A stretch of DNA of 63,965 nucleotides, counting the filler, from Octopus bimaculoides (lineage: Eukaryota): the NCBI RefSeq assembly GCF_001194135.2. It is 8 parts of 7 records of this genome, joined end to end, with 100 filler letters (N's around TTAATTAATTAA, not from the genome) between each part and the next. Parts side by side here need not be neighbours in the genome. Positions count along the whole stretch, not along the records: positions 20,775 to 40,739 come from NC_068984.1; 7 more parts are not named here. One strand, written 5' to 3'. Under the pieces are notes generated by a model. It was not told where the DNA came from, searched no databases, and saw only the letters and a program-made list of their open reading frames with translations. Both the position numbers and the translations under genes were made by a program. Below, piece after piece: positions 24,762 to 39,827 of this stretch; the first letter of the stretch is position 1; every line of letters begins with the position of its first letter.

Positions 24762-25865
24762 ATGGTAATTTCGTATAATTCTTTATCCTTGAGGTTATCT
24801 TCTCCTCTCATCTACTCAAAGTGTTTGTTTACTTTTGCTCCCGAAGGTAGATAATTTCAATAAATCATGAGTATATGTTGATTAGAATTTAATTTGTCTT
24901 TATTCGTCTTATCAGGACGTCGAACTAGCTGTCATCAAAACATTGGATAGTACTCCTAATGGAATTTGTGTAGACACTTTGCCCTCGGGATTTTTCAAAT
25001 TGCAACGAGGTCAACTTTGCTTTCATAATTTCGAGGTCCATTAAAATTATCAATGCAAAGCGTTGCATTACCGGGGTCTGTCAGGGGGTCTGTCAGGGGG
25101 TCAGGTCGGGCATGATGCCCTTCATTGTGTGGCTCAGCTTATCAGGTCCTGGCAGCCACACTTACTATACTGAATAATCATCGGTTGTGTGGAGAGACCA
25201 AAAGTTAGATGCGTACGCAACTGCTGGTGTTCCCCTCCAAACCTTGCCCTATGTACAATCAAGCTTGATCAACGAAGCAAAGGCCATACACATATATATA
25301 TTTGAGGTGGTGGTGATGATGGTGAATGCGTGTGTGTGAGTGTGTGTGCACGTACGCATGCGTGCGTTTGTGTATGTATGTATGTGTGTACGTTCGTATA
25401 CATATATATGTATTTAAATATATGCATGTACACACTCATGCACAAACACACACAAACTTTAATTTTTTTATTCCTTTCAGGCATGCGGCTGCGGTCATGC
25501 TGGACCACCGTCAGTATATATATATATATNNNNNNNNNNNNNNNNNNNNNNNNNNNNNNNNNNNNNNNNNNNNNNNNNNNNNNNNNNNNNNNNNNNNNNN
25601 NNNNNNNNNNNNNNNNNNNNNNNNNNNNNNNNNNNNNNNNNNNNNNNNNNNNNNNNNNNNNNNNNNNNNNNNNNNNNNNNNNNNNNNNNNNNNNNNNNNN
25701 NNNNNNNNNNNNNNNNNNNNNNNNNNNNNNNNNNNNNNNNNNNNNNNNNNNNNNNNNNNNNNNNNNNNNNNNNNNNNNNNNNNNNNNNNNNNNNNNNNNN
25801 NNNNNNNNNNNNNNNNNNNNNNNNNNNNNNNNNNNNNNNNNNNNNNNNNNNNNNNNNNNNNNNNN

Positions 25866-25896
<31 letters not shown>

Positions 25897-25911
25897 GTGT
25901 GCGTGTGTGTG

Positions 25912-25957
<46 letters not shown>

Positions 25958-26488
25958 AAGAAAAAGAAAGAGAGAGAGATGTGTTAGATAATAGTAAAAA
26001 AAGACTGACAAAGAAAACACGGTAGGGTTATAATTTTTGAAGACTTATAATGAAAAGTGTTGGTGTTGCAGAGTTTAAGAATATGTGTTAGAAACGGTGA
26101 TACCAAAATCTCCCAGAATATTTTCAAAAGTTAGTAGATATCCATATAGATGCCGTGACGAGCCTCGCTTGTGAATGTATATCCTAAGGATTGAGTCTTT
26201 GTTTACATCAAAACGACATACCTATGTCGAAGAATTTTAAGAAATGAAGAAGTTATATGAGTATCGAATTCTACATTAAAGTTCTTGTTTTAGATTTGAC
26301 TTTTGTTATTACGAACAAACACACACTCGTTATGCTTATATACACGGGTAAACAATTTAAATTTCAAGCCTTCAAACATATTCCTACACCAACCGACTTG
26401 AAACTGAAAATTTAACGCAGTCTATAGCCGACTAACGCTCTCATATGAAGCTCAATACTTAAAGCCTTGTAAATATATCGGCTACTAA

Positions 26489-26710
26489 AGGCAGCGAACT
26501 GGTAGAATCATAAGTGCAGCCAGCAACATGCTTCACGGCTTGTTAGTCCGTCCATACGTTCTGAGTTCAAATTCCGCAGAGATCGATTTCGCTTTCATCC
26601 TTTTTGGAGTCGATAACATAAGTACCAGCTGAACACTCGGGACGATATAATCAACTAGACCCCTTTTCTTTTTAAACTGTTGGCTTTGTGCCAAAATTTG
26701 AAAACCATAT
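26489..26710 (+). mobile_element. SINE family C (gcggcgagctggcagaatc...ctgagttcaaattccgc)
   Basis: Same family at 50213-50420, 53398-53560, 53917-54125, 54232-54450 and 54470-54570 (+), and 61100-61238, 61361-61499 and 62376-62570 (-). Confidence 0.8.
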
Positions 26711-27172
26711 CTCGGCTCCTCCAAACAAGTTAATTACAGTCAGTCTTCTACTTTCAAAAATATGTTCTTATGTACACCATAAAACTTAAAAAATGCAGAA
26801 ATCTTTGCAATCAAGCTACTCAAAATAGTATTTTAGCAAAGTTTTCCAATTAATTAATATTTTTGCTGAATTTTGTTATTTTTTAAAACTTTCATAATAA
26901 TAATTTCGACATAAACCAAAAAATAGTTGCCTCTCAGATGAACAGTATTCTTATCCAACTGAGAATCATTGTCTTTTATGAAAGACACATGTATATGTTT
27001 GCCGATGGACGGAGGACTCGGCGCATTTTATTAAAACACCATATTAGCTTTGAACGATAATATGTCAACATGAAATTTAACAGTATACGAAAGCGAATTT
27101 CGTTATAGTATATATCGAGAATTTTTTTTTCATTTCTCATGAAAAACGTGTGAAAATTTGTGTGTATGTAAA

Positions 27173-27215
<43 letters not shown>

Positions 27216-27338
27216 GTGTGTGTGTGTCTGTGAGTGAGTGCGTGTATGTGTATGTATGCATATATATCTTTATATATGTATATATATGTATGAATACATG
27301 TACTTACAAATATTAACATACATACATTTACATTTACA

Positions 27339-27375
<37 letters not shown>

Positions 27376-27558
27376 GCACATATGCACACATACACATAGG
27401 CACATACTCGCACACATGCATATATATAGAAATTTATGTACTTATATGTATATGGGTAAATGCATACGCATATATGACGCCTCTTCGGGTGTGGCTGTAT
27501 GTTTGTTTGTTTGTGTGTATTTGTGTGTGTGTGTGAGAGAGAGTAAGTGACGGAATGT

Positions 27559-27607
<49 letters not shown>

Positions 27608-28795
27608 TCTTTCTTTTAATGTACAGACACAATTATATTACGCTACAGAAAAAAAAATAACTGGTCGGCATCGTTTCAGCATTGCTATGAAGAAATGGCG
27701 CCAGATTGCAAGCACTATCAGTTCAGATCTCACGTATATATCCGGGTTACTTTCATAGTGTAACTAAGCAACAAGACGAACAAACGATACCCTCCACTAC
27801 ACGTGACAGAAGATCGACAGGGACAGCCGCATCAATCAGCTTTATTCGTCGGTCTCGTTATAAGCAAAGAAAATTAGGTGATTACCAGGCTAGTGTGAAG
27901 TGTAACGGGGTGGCAGAAATAAACCACGAAAGCAAAACAGCAAATAACAAGTGTATGGTGCGAACATGCGTAGAAACATGAGATTTCATGTTAGATAAGG
28001 TTTCTGGGCCGTCACACAAATGTTGTTCCGTCACACAGACGTGTGTGCTTGTGATAGTGCATAAATATGTGTATATGTATGTATATATGTATATATGTAT
28101 GTATATATGTGTGCGTATGCATGCGTGTATGCTTGATGCTTGTGTTGTCTGTACAAATATGTATATATATATATATTTTATATATATATATATATATATN
28201 NNNNNNNNNNNNNNNNNNNNNNNNNNNNNNNNNNNNNNNNNNNNNNNNNNNNNNNNNNNNNNNNNNNNNNNNNNNNNNNNNNNNNNNNNNNNNNNNNNNN
28301 NNNNNNNNNNNNNNNNNNNNNNNNNNNNNNNNNNNNNNNNNNNNNNNNNNNNNNNNNNNNNNNNNNNNNNNNNNNNNNNNNNNNNNNNNNNNNNNNNNNN
28401 NNNNNNNNNNNNNNNNNNNNNNNNNNNNNNNNNNNNNNNNNNNNNNNNNNNNNNNNNNNNNNNNNNNNNNNNNNNNNNNNNNNNNNNNNNNNNNNNNNNN
28501 NNNNNNNNNNNNNNNNNNNNNNNNNNNNNNNNNNNNNNNNNNNNNNNTATATATATATATATATGAATACATATATATGTGCATGTGAGCTTTTTTGTAT
28601 TTAGCCGTGTAAATATATGAGGTATAACGAAAAAAATATAATTGGTGCTCTGACCAAATGGAAATCTGGTAACATTCAGAAACACACAAATATACAAGCA
28701 TATCGCACACACACACACACACACACGCATTGTGTAATACAAACACACTGAAGTACACATGCGAACCTGTATATATGTGTGTGGAACAATGTTTA

Positions 28796-28856
<61 letters not shown>

Positions 28857-29026
28857 AAGAGAGGGAGTAGAGAGAAATATGTCGTGTGTAAAATGAAAGT
28901 GTGATGGACACGAGATGTTAATGAGTGAGAGATTAATATATAGATATGTACATCAATAGATAAGTCTATAGATAATATGATACATGGATGAATAGGTAAG
29001 TAATTACATAAATGTATAGATAGAGC

Positions 29027-29060
<34 letters not shown>

Positions 29061-29322
29061 GGAAGTCAGAGAGAGTGGGAGAGAGAAGAAGGGAGGCAAA
29101 GAAATAGGATGACACGTAGGTAGACAAATAAATACATGATGCTATCAAGGAAACTATTTAGATAGGAAAAATGCGCTATAAAATAGGCATAAACGTGTGT
29201 AATTCTGTGTATATANNNNNNNNNNNNNNNNNNNNNNNNNNNNNNNNNNNNNNNNNNNNNNNNNNNNNNNNNNNNNNNNNNNNNNNNNNNNNNNNNNNNN
29301 NNNTGTGTGTGTGTGTGTGTGT

Positions 29323-29355
<33 letters not shown>

Positions 29356-29735
29356 CATAATATATGAGTATATGCATATATATGTACATCTATGTACATA
29401 CCTTCATCTACATGTATATATAGATGCATATCTGGGTACATGACGTTGCAAAAAAAACATGGACAAAATGATAAACAAGGTACAGAAAACACACAGGCCA
29501 CATAGAGAACATTTCCTTCATCAGCTGCCACCATTATAACAATAGTGTTTCGAAGAGTTAGGGCAGGATGCATCGTTACGATGGCTCTTCCCACGGACAC
29601 AAATTAAATTTGTTCCATTGAGGATAGTAGCGGACGGAAAACAAGACAGGAAATCGAAACAGTGAAATAAACAAACAAAAGAAAGGCTATACAGCCAGAC
29701 TTGAAAGAGTATGTGTATATTGAACGCTATGCTTT

Positions 29736-29960
29736 GGCTGTGTGGTAAGTAGTTTGCTTACCTTACCAACCACATGGTTCCGGGTTCAGTCCCACTGCGT
29801 GGCACTTTGGGCAAGTGTCTTCTACTATAGCCTCGGGCCGACCAAAGCCTTGTGAGTAGATTTGATAGACGGAAACTGAAAGAAGCCGGTCGTATATATG
29901 TATATGTATGTATATATATATACATATGTGTGTGTGTGTGTGTGGGGGGGTGTTTGTTTG
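29736..29960 (+). mobile_element. SINE family A
   Basis: ggctgtgtggtaag...ggttccgggttcagtcccactgcgtggcactttgggcaagtgtctt..., then an internal TA/TG microsatellite. Confidence 0.85.
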
Positions 29961-30585
29961 TGTGTCTGTGTATATATATATATATGCATATATACATGTA
30001 TGCATGCATACATACATACACACACATTCATATATTTATATATGTGTACTGATGATATGTGTGTGTGTGTGTGTGTGTGTGTACATATGTAAACGCGTCT
30101 ATATAATGAGAGAAATGTACGCATGTATTTACATCTTTCTCTACATCTATCAAATTTTCTAACTACACACAAACAAACATACATACTTACATACATATAT
30201 ACATATACATATATACATGCATAAATATGTATATATATATATATATACATACATATGTGTATGTTTGCGTTCGTATGCCTTTACATGTACTCTCGCGCAC
30301 GCACACTCATTAGAAATTCATTGGTTGTTTCTTTTCAGTATCGTACTACGGTTGTGGTGACGATCAACCTGAAGGCGTTCAGCTGAAGAAAATGACCTGA
30401 GACATTATATCGGTCTCTTTATTGTCGAGCTGCTAATGTACAGGAGCATAAACAAAAGAACACCGGTTGGTAAGAAATGAGTGACAATCACAAACACAGA
30501 GACGCACACACATGCTTACACGCACACACTCACAAATTAATGGATATATTCATGTTATGTCTTTGTCTATCTATCTATCTATCTG

Positions 30586-30637
<52 letters not shown>

Positions 30638-31564
30638 CCTATCTATCTAATTATAGGAAGGGAAAGGAATTTAAATAAAAATTACATCAAGAGTTTCTGG
30701 TGTAGATAAAATATTCTTATATTCACACACTGACACACACACACGTGTGTGTGTGTGTTTGCCATAATGTGACTGTATACAATATACTGGCGAATATACT
30801 GACGAATAAACAGCTGCATGTCAATCCTTATACGTAACTGTCAACTTTCATAATATATGAAATATATGAATTCATATAGTCTTTTCATACATGTGTATGT
30901 TTACACGTGTGCATGTTTGTTTTATATATGAGTGTGTGTGTGTGTGTGTGTGTTTATATACATATATGTGTGTGTGTTTATATACATATGTGTGTGTGTG
31001 TGTGTGTGTGTTGTGTATATACGTTATGTATACATACATGTATGAATATTCGTATATATATATAAAGGGAGACAGAGAAGAAGAGAAAGAGAGAGACAGA
31101 GAGAAAGAGAGAGATCGAGGGAGAAGGGGAAAAGAGAGGGAGAAAGAGAGAAACAGCGTGAGAGGAGAGAGGGGGCAAAGTTTAGTTGGTGATCTTACCT
31201 CTACGATGTAATATGCAGAGGAAATAAATCATCATCGAATTTTAAGAAAAGAAAATTCTACGAGATGCACCACGGATACATTGAAAGAAAGTTAGGGGTT
31301 GTGAATCCAACCCACTAAGGGATAATATCTAATGCGCTGACTACAGGTTGCATCGTCCCTGAATTGATAGAGGGGAAACATTCTGAAGTTGGGTTGTTTG
31401 TTATTGGCACAAATGTCGATGTGTTCGTTGAATGCTATTTTTCTGTATTTCCGAATTTTGATATGGGATCTGTGCAGATCCAGGATACCTGGGTCCTTAT
31501 CTGGACTGATAAATACAGTATCTTTGGTATTATGCAGTGCCACTCAGTTCGGTGGTTGGTATAG

Positions 31565-31607
<43 letters not shown>

Positions 31608-32000
31608 NNNNNNNNNNNNNNNNNAGAGAGAGAGAGATATATGTGTGTGCGTGTGTGTATAATTCCTGAACAAAACGTGAAATATTTACCACAAGTTACG
31701 CCGCCTGTCAACTAGTTGCTTCGGTAAATATTTCACCTCGTCAGCTGCTGCTGAACTGAAGACATTCGTATGACCGCATGGATGCAAGAATTTATATATA
31801 ACAGTTGCTCAGATCAAGAGTGACTGGTATGTATATTATCCAGGACATCAGGAACGATCAAAGGAACAAAGCAGTCACTATATCAACCATTATGTATATG
31901 TGTGTGTATACGTGTGAATGTGTTTGTATGTGTGTGTGTTTGTATACACACATACGTAATAGTTATTATAGAGACGACTTCCTGTCGCTCTATCTTTCTC

Positions 32001-32330
32001 GTGGCTGTGTGGTAAGAAGCTTTCTTTCCAACCACAGGGTCCCGGGTTCAGTTCCACTGCGTGGCACCTTGGGCAAGTGTCTTCTACTATTGCCCCGGGC
32101 TGACCAAAGCCTTGTGAGTGGATTAGGTAGACGGAAGCTGAGAGAAGCCCATCGTATGTGTGTGTGTGTGTGTGTGTATTTGTGTGTGTGTGTGTCTGTG
32201 TTTGCCCTCCCCCACCATCACTTGACAACCGATGCTTGTGTGTTTACGTTCCCGTAGCATAACTGTTCGGCAAAAGATGCCGATAAAATTAGTTCTGGGG
32301 TCGATTTGTTCGACTAAAGTCGGTACTCCA
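32001..32330 (+). mobile_element. SINE family A, near full length
   Basis: Colinear with 29736 and 58351 copies. Confidence 0.85.
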
Positions 32331-32840
32331 ATAAATATGCAAATTAGTTGCTCCACTTGTCTGTGGCACCAATAATTTTTTGAGTATATAAATAGATTGG
32401 CAACGCTTTCTTCTGAGTTTGTCAAATGATGTATAGACCTTTGATTAAAAGCCTATGAGTTTCGAAAATTGATTAAGAATCTTCATAATACTTTTCAATC
32501 TACGGAGGAAGGATTAAGTTTGCCATGTTTGTGTAAACCAACATTTTTGCCATGCAAGTTTACGAACGCGCACACATACATACACACATAGATAGATACA
32601 TAGATATACAGGTTTGGCCAAAAGTCACCCGACAGTAAATCAAAATTCCATAAATACTATCTGTAATTCTGTATTGACTCGAATGCGAAAATGTGTCGCT
32701 CAAGAAGAACTTCAGTTTGAACAATTTCCATGATGTTTCGTATTTAGATGCTTTTATCAAATTCATTCAGTTGTTAGACATAAATAAATCTTGGAATGAA
32801 ATGGGCTTCTTATACTGTGAGTTGACTTTTGGCCAACTCC

Positions 32841-32914
<74 letters not shown>

Positions 32915-33294
32915 ATTATGCAATTACAAGATCCACTCTTTATACATTTATTCTTTTATTTATTTCCTTGTTTCTGTCGTTTGAATGCAGCCATGCTTTA
33001 AGGCATTTTAGTCGAAGAAATCGACATTCTTGTAAGGACTTATTCTTTGTAAGCATAGTACTTATTCTATCGGAAACTTTTGTCGAACTGCTAGGTTACG
33101 GGCACATTACCACATCAGCATGTGTTGCCAAGCGATGACTGGGAAGACAAACACAGATGCATACATACAAATACATACATACAAATACATACATACAGCC
33201 ACACAGAAAGTATTCAAAAACCTTTCATTTTAATATAAAACTGTTTTTATCATAACTCGATTATAAAAACATTAACGTATGTGCGTGTGTGACT

Positions 33295-33540
33295 TTGAGA
33301 GAGAGAGGGGGGGAGAGAGAGAGAGACGAAATGAGAGAGAGAGAGAGGGAGAGAGAGACGAAATGAGAGAGAGAGACGAAACGAGAGCGAGACGAGACGA
33401 GAGAGAGACGAGACGAGACGAGAGAGAGACGAGACGAGACGAGAGAGAGACGAGACGAGAGACAAAGGGGAGAGAGAGAGAGACGAAACGAGAGAGAGAC
33501 GAAACGAGAGAGAGACGAAACGAGAGACAGAGAGGGAAAG
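33295..33540 (+). repeat. GA-rich complex microsatellite (GAGA/GAGAC/GAAAC units)
   Basis: Directly visible. Confidence 0.9.
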
Positions 33541-33944
33541 TCAGAGTAGGCACACAAAATATACATGGATACATTCACGCCGCCATGTACAGTTACAAAC
33601 ACACACCAAATATATGTATGTGTACGTGCGTTTGCGTACATGTGTGTGTGTTTGTTTCTATTTACGTCTATACGCTAACGTACATCTGCACGTATAAACA
33701 CTCCTATGCTGACATCATTGTGAAATTGTGTTCCTTGTATTAAGCAATATGTATGTCAACAATAGCCAAACGAGCCAAATGTTACAAACATATGTCACTT
33801 CTACATCTTTACCCCCAACAAACACCGTAAAACAGAACTGATTTTTCCAACTCATTTTCAATTAGGTCCCGGGGAGACGGCCATGAAAGTTAGGAGGGGG
33901 CCCTAAGAATTTTCTTTGAATACAATTTAATTAGAGAAAGAGAC

Positions 33945-33988
<44 letters not shown>

Positions 33989-34489
33989 TTAGAGGGGGGA
34001 GGGAGAAAGAAAGAAAGAGAGAGAGAAAGGGGAGACTCTAATAAGCTGCTCTGTAAGAAAGCAACAGTTCGTGGCAGAACAACACATAATAATTAATTAA
34101 GACAGGTACAATATTGTAATTCTAATTAAAATGATGTAATATCCAACACTGCCAGCATCAGTTACGTCTTCTCCGTTTCAGGCATTCGACTATGGCCATG
34201 CTGGGGTACTGCCTTGAAGTGTTTCAGTCTAACAAATCTACCTCGGGACTTAACTTGTTACTGTTCAGTACTGGTGGGTATTCTATTAGTTTCTTTTGCT
34301 GAACCGCTAAGTTACGGACACCTAAACAAAAACAGATTTTATAAATAGATGTTAGATTTAATTGTACCCTGCTGGGATACTATGAAATCTAATATTTATT
34401 TATAAAAGAATATTCATTGAGTTCGAAAATTTGACCGAGTCAATTAGAATTAACGTTAGAATGGAGAATTTTTTAATTTCTCAGTTTTG

Positions 34490-35575
34490 TGTGTCTACAC
34501 AATAATTATCAGTGTGCATATAAATTAATTCACTCTTTTCTTTTTTTTTATTAATTCACTTTATTCTTTTTTTCATTGAAAACATCTTCTTTAGTCTTTG
34601 TTTCAGTTAGACTGCGGTCGTGCATGCTTTCTTCACTGTGTCCCTTGGAAAATCTTCGAACACCTCCTTGATGTTGGCCATCAACTCGGCCTTGGCCTCG
34701 TAGGTAGAGCCGTTGGTGTCTTTATCAACTGCACATCACACATAGTAATCCATGGGATTACGATTGAGGGAATTAAGGGGTCAGAAATTGGGACTGGTGA
34801 AATCGCAGGAATTCTTCGACAACCAATTCGGAATCTTTCCGGGTGAATGGCAAGGAGCCGAATCCTGCTGCAATGCATATGATCTTCCGGTAGCAAGCCG
34901 CCCCAGCCAGGCTTTGACGACAGTCTCCAGCAGCTTCACATGACCGTCTGATATGAGCCGAATGACTTGTCAAAGATGTGGGGCTACATGACGCCATCCT
35001 CACTGGAGATACACCCAAAAACCATTACAGCTTGGAGGAACTTGGTTTTCATGGAACGTGGGACATCATATGGATTGCAGGTAAGCCACCTGTTGTTCAG
35101 CGTGTTGTGCAACTGGTCGTCGCAGAAGTTCTTTTCATCGGAAAACCAGATCATCCCGGCTTAATAGGATGCTTTGTTCAAGAAGCTCCCTTACCTTCGC
35201 CAAACGGTTTCGGCTATCAGAATTTGTTCCTTGCACCTCTTGTACGAGTGTTAGTGAAGGTCCTCATTCAGACTTACTTTCATGATCGCGACTTCATCCA
35301 TTTCTCTCGTCAAAACCTGGATTCCCTTGCTCAGATCACCCATCACGTTGTCCTGCAGTTGTTGGATGGATTCTGGCACGTGGATGCAGTCAGAACGCCT
35401 GCTGTGTCCCATCCTGCTAGCCATGACTTGCAACCTTTACAGTGTTTACAGAGCTTTGAGAAGAAGTCATGATCTCGACATTTTGATACTCTGGGCAAAC
35501 CATCATGATATAGGTAACTCTTTGCTAACATTCAGTTGGCCCTCCGTGTCAGCTAACTTTTTCTCAACCAAGGAG
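34490..35575 (-). mobile_element. ITm DD37D (maT) transposon, decayed, largely complete ORF region
   Basis: WFSDEKNF...QQDSAPCHSPGKIPNWLSKNSCDFTSPNF*PLNSLNRNPMDYY, with exactly 37 residues between the 2nd and 3rd D. End coordinates are approximate. Confidence 0.85.
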
Positions 35576-36395
35576 TAGGGCAGAGAGGACGGAAATTTTT
35601 GAAAAATTCACAAAATCATTAATTTTAGCTCCAAACAAATTTTATTGACATCAATGTGTTCGCATTGAATTATATTGAATTAGCATTTGTCAGAATCAAG
35701 TGTGGAAAACAGCATCCATCATGTGGTGTCCGTTTTCATTGATGCACTTCTGAAGGCTTTCTTGGAAGCTGGTCACCACTCTCTCCAGCATTGCCCTATT
35801 GATCTGGGCGACTTCCACGCGAATAGCTTCCTGCAAATCGTCCAATGTACGGGGCTTATGCGCATACACACTTACCTTGAGGTTTCCCCATAAGAAATAA
35901 TCACGCATGAACAAATCAGGGGACCGAAGTGTCTAAGGAATGTCAGCAAATTTGGAAATGAGGAAGTCACTGAAGAGAGGGCAAAGAATGTCCATTGATG
36001 CTCTGGCTGCGTGGGCCGTCGCCCCATCCTGCGCCCCACATACGTCAAATAGGCATACATTTTCTTCGTAATTCAGGCACAAAGAATTTGTTTACCATCT
36101 CGATGTAACGCTCGGAGCTCACAGTAACAGTATTTCCATTATTGCCTTCAAAAAAGTAAAGAACAGTGAGGGCAGCTTTTCCAACAGCACACCAAACCAT
36201 TACTGTGCAGAGGTCTTTCGTGCAATTCTCTCGGATTTTCAAGAGCCCAATAACGACTGTTCTGTTGATTCACCATACCATTGAGATGAAAATGAACTTC
36301 ATCACTCATTAACCAAATGAGGTTGTCATTTGCCTCAAAAATTGATTCCGTCTGATGTACAAAGTCAAGCAAATGTGAATAGTCCAATCTCCCTA
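35576..36395 (-). mobile_element. ITm DD41D (rosa/VS) transposon relic, 5'-truncated
   Basis: LMSDEVHFHLNGMVNQQNSRYWA...QDGATAH(41 aa)RSPDLFMRDYFLWGNLKVSVY...LQKCINENGHHMMDAVFHT*. 41 residues counted between the Ds. Confidence 0.85.
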
Positions 36396-36475
36396 TTGCC
36401 CAAGGATGCAACGCGTCACCGAGAATTGAACTCACGACCTTGCAATCGCGAGCCGAATACCCTAACCACTAAGCC

Positions 36476-37255
36476 TTCCTTCCTTCCTTCCTTCCCTTCC
36501 AGTCTTCCTACCTACCCTCCATTTCTTTCAGTCTTCCTTCCTTCCTTCCTTCCCTTCCAGTCTTCCTACCTACCCTCCATTTCTTTCAGTCTTCCTTCCT
36601 TCCCTCCATCTCTTTCAGTNNNNNNNNNNNNNNNNNNNNNNNNNNNNNNNNNNNNNNNNNNNNNNNNNNNNNNNNNNNNNNNNNNNNNNNNNNNNNNNNN
36701 NNNNNNNNNNNNNNNNNNNNNNNNNNNNNNNNNNNNNNNNNNNNNNNNNNNNNNNNNNNNNNNNNNNNNNNNNNNNNNNNNNNNNNNNNNNNNNNNNNNN
36801 NNNNNNNNNNNNNNNNNNNNNNNNNNNNNNNNNNNNNNNNNNNNNNNNNNNNNNNNNNNNNNNNNNNNNNNNNNNNNNNNNNNNNNNNNNNNNNNNNNNN
36901 NNNNNNNNNNNNNNNNNNNNNCCTTCCTTCCTTCCTTCCTTCCTTCCTTCCTTCCTTCCTTCCCTCCCTTCACCCCTTTCAGTCTTCCTTCCTTCTCTCC
37001 ATCTCCTTCAGTTTTCCTTCCTTCTCTCCACCCCTTTCTTTCTTCTTTCTTTCCCTCCATCTCTTACATTCTCCCTTCCTTCCCTCCATCCTTTTCATTC
37101 TTCCTTTCTTCCCTCCATCCCTTTCAGTCTTTCTTCCTTCTCTCCACCCCATTCATTCCTCCTTCCTTCCCTCCATCCCTTTCAGTTTTCCTTCCTTCTC
37201 TCCACCCCTTTCATTCTCCCTTCTTTCCCTCCACCCCTTTCTTCTCTACCTCCAT
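36476..37255 (+). repeat. Pyrimidine-rich (CCTT)-based low-complexity array containing a gap
   Basis: Directly visible, with higher-order repeats of cttccttccttccc...ctttcagt. Confidence 0.9.
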
Positions 37256-37547
37256 CAATGTTTGCTCTATCTTTTGCTTTCTTTTATCTAAATCTCAGTA
37301 TTTTCCGTCCTTAGTTTTCCAGCGTACCTGTGTATGCGTAAAAGCACACACATAAACATACGCACACGCATATGCTCTTACGTATTCACATACTTACGAA
37401 CTCACATACTTACACATACACACACATTCACACATTTGTTCTATCTCTCTTTTTCTTCCTAGTGTCTCACGCATTCTTCTCTCTTGCTTTCCCAAACTCC
37501 TGCAGTAACTTGGTCTCTCCATCTTCCTGTCTCACCACATTTCCTAC

Positions 37548-37695
<148 letters not shown>

Positions 37696-37899
37696 ATTCA
37701 TATACGGTACTCGTTATGGGAACCTCTATGTGGCCGTTCAACATGTTGATAATAGCAGCTAAATCGCTTTCAAACCACACGTTACCGTCTCAGCAAAGAA
37801 AGCATTAGTTTATGCGGTTCTCAGTTCTTCGCACATAAAATATCGATGGGATGGTCACTGATAGAACTGACCTGTGGTTTTAAAACAACAACGATGCCT

Positions 37900-37930
<31 letters not shown>

Positions 37931-38139
37931 CACACATACACACGCACACTGACACAAACACAAACACACCCGCCCAAAAACGAGCTCTTTCCACACATAC
38001 ATTCACACACACACACACCGCGCGCGCGTACAAACCAGCTGACAACACGACGTTGCCTTACCACCGCCTCCTCCTTACACCACTAAAACATACTTGACAC
38101 ACGATGTCCGTACTTTCACGGTTCACTGATTAATCCTAT

Positions 38140-38400
38140 GTCTCATGCTATTATGTCTTCAACGTACCATCTCTCTATGGCCTCTGTACATAAACGATAT
38201 TGCATGACACAACGCATACATACAAAACCAACACACCAGACATACATTTATTTACACATAACATCCATATATACCGCAACATACTCAATGCGTACATCCG
38301 AAGAAATACAAAGACGTATTCACCATATTAACACAATCACAGACAAACACATAACTACACGTTTCCCAAATAAAAAACCCAGCTCACTCGAATACGTGGT
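38140..38400 (+). mobile_element. Possible Penelope-like reverse transcriptase relic
   Basis: RIHTKPTHQTYIYLHITS resembles the PLE RT thumb motif YxKPTxxxxYLxxxS. Weak. Confidence 0.35.
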
Positions 38401-38438
38401 GGTGCTCGCACTCAAAACATTTTAATACTCTGCCCCTC

Positions 38439-38475
<37 letters not shown>

Positions 38476-38536
38476 CGTCCATCTATCTATTTATCTAACT
38501 GTCTGTCTGTCTGTCAAATCCACGGTGCAGAGCATA

Positions 38537-39776
38537 TTAGGTTGGCAACTAAGTTCCCGCCGTTCTTTTAAATTAATTTTTTTTTTCAAGGTTTAATAAA
38601 AAAAAAATAACAGCTAATTAATCAATAATTTATTCACACTTGTTGTTTACAACTTCTTCCCAACGTTCAATAAGATTTTCAATACCCCGTTGGTAGAAAT
38701 CACCCGATTTCGACTCGAAAAATTGATCCAACCAAGCTCTCAATTCTGCATCAGCATTGAAAGAAACTCCGCGTATAGCATTTGAAAGAAATCGAAAGAG
38801 GTGGAAATCTGTTGGTGCCAAATCAGGAGAGTACGTACGTCGGGTGTGGCGGCATTTCTCAGCCATGCGTTTGAACGGCTTCCTTGGTCATATTGGTGAG
38901 ATGAGAGCAGGCGTTGTCATGCAGCAGAACTCCATGCTGCCAATTAGGTCTTTTCTCTTGAATAGCCGTGTTGAGTCGTTCCATCTGTTGAACATAGAGT
39001 TCGGCGTTGACCGTTTGGTTCCGTTCAAGCAATTTGTAATGGATAATCCCTTCCAGTCTTGTTTCACGCGCAGTGTAACTTATTTACCGGGGCTTAGCCA
39101 TTCCTTACGCTGCTTCATGTTGATGTACAGGCACCAATTTTCGTTGCCAGTAACGATTCTGTAAAGAAATCGTTGCTTGTGTCCATGAGTTGAGCGGTGA
39201 CGAGCAAGCAAACCAACGGAGATTGTGGCTCTTTGATTTTTTTGTTGTTGTTGTCAATTAAAGCATGCGGAACCCATGCTCCATACATCTGAATGTTTCC
39301 CATCGAGTGAAGATGCTTCTCTATAACAGTGTGGGAGCATTCCATTTTCTCTGTCTGTTCCCTTGTCGTTTGACGAGAATTTTCGTGGAAAAATTGGTTT
39401 AATCGCTCTTCATGAAACTCAACTGGACGGCCAGAACGAGGTACGTCTTTGAGGTCAAAATTTCCATTTTTGAACTAGGCATACCAATCATGAGCGGTTC
39501 TTTCAGTTATGGCCCTCTCTCCATACACAGCACAAATGTCGCGATCAGCTTTTGCAGCCTTAGGACCTTGATTAAAAGCAAAAAGAAGGAGGTGTCGAAA
39601 ATGCTCGTTTTTTTTCTTAACTTGACATTCCATTTTAATGATCTGAAAATAAACAAAAATTAATAAAATTAACTAGAAAAAAAAAATAGATTCCAAAATG
39701 ATTCAAAAATAGAATTCTCGAAAAAAAACAGATTCCAAAATTTACAAAAACGGCGGGAACTTAATTGCCAACCCAA
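38537..39776 (-). mobile_element. Near full-length mariner (DD34D), 1240 bp, TIRs and TA TSD, frameshifted transposase
   Basis: 28-bp TIRs TTAGGTTGGCAACTAAGTTCCCGCCGTT / TTGGGTTGGCAATTAAGTTCCCGCCGTT (2 mismatches), TA on both sides. Motifs GAWVPHAL, RIVTGNE, LHDNA and YSPDLAPTDFHLF. Confidence 0.93.
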
Positions 39777-39827
39777 TATTTACAGTGATTCTTCTATTAT
39801 TTAATTCTGTCAAGTGAAACAAGTTCG

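Noticed and set aside
27669-27750. cag|HCYEEMAPDCKHYQFRSH exon-like segment
   Set aside because: No polypyrimidine tract, a weak donor and no recognisable domain.
31292-31543. Minus-strand ORF with TVFISPDK (cf. PLE ADKG motif)
   Set aside because: A single weak motif is insufficient for a call.
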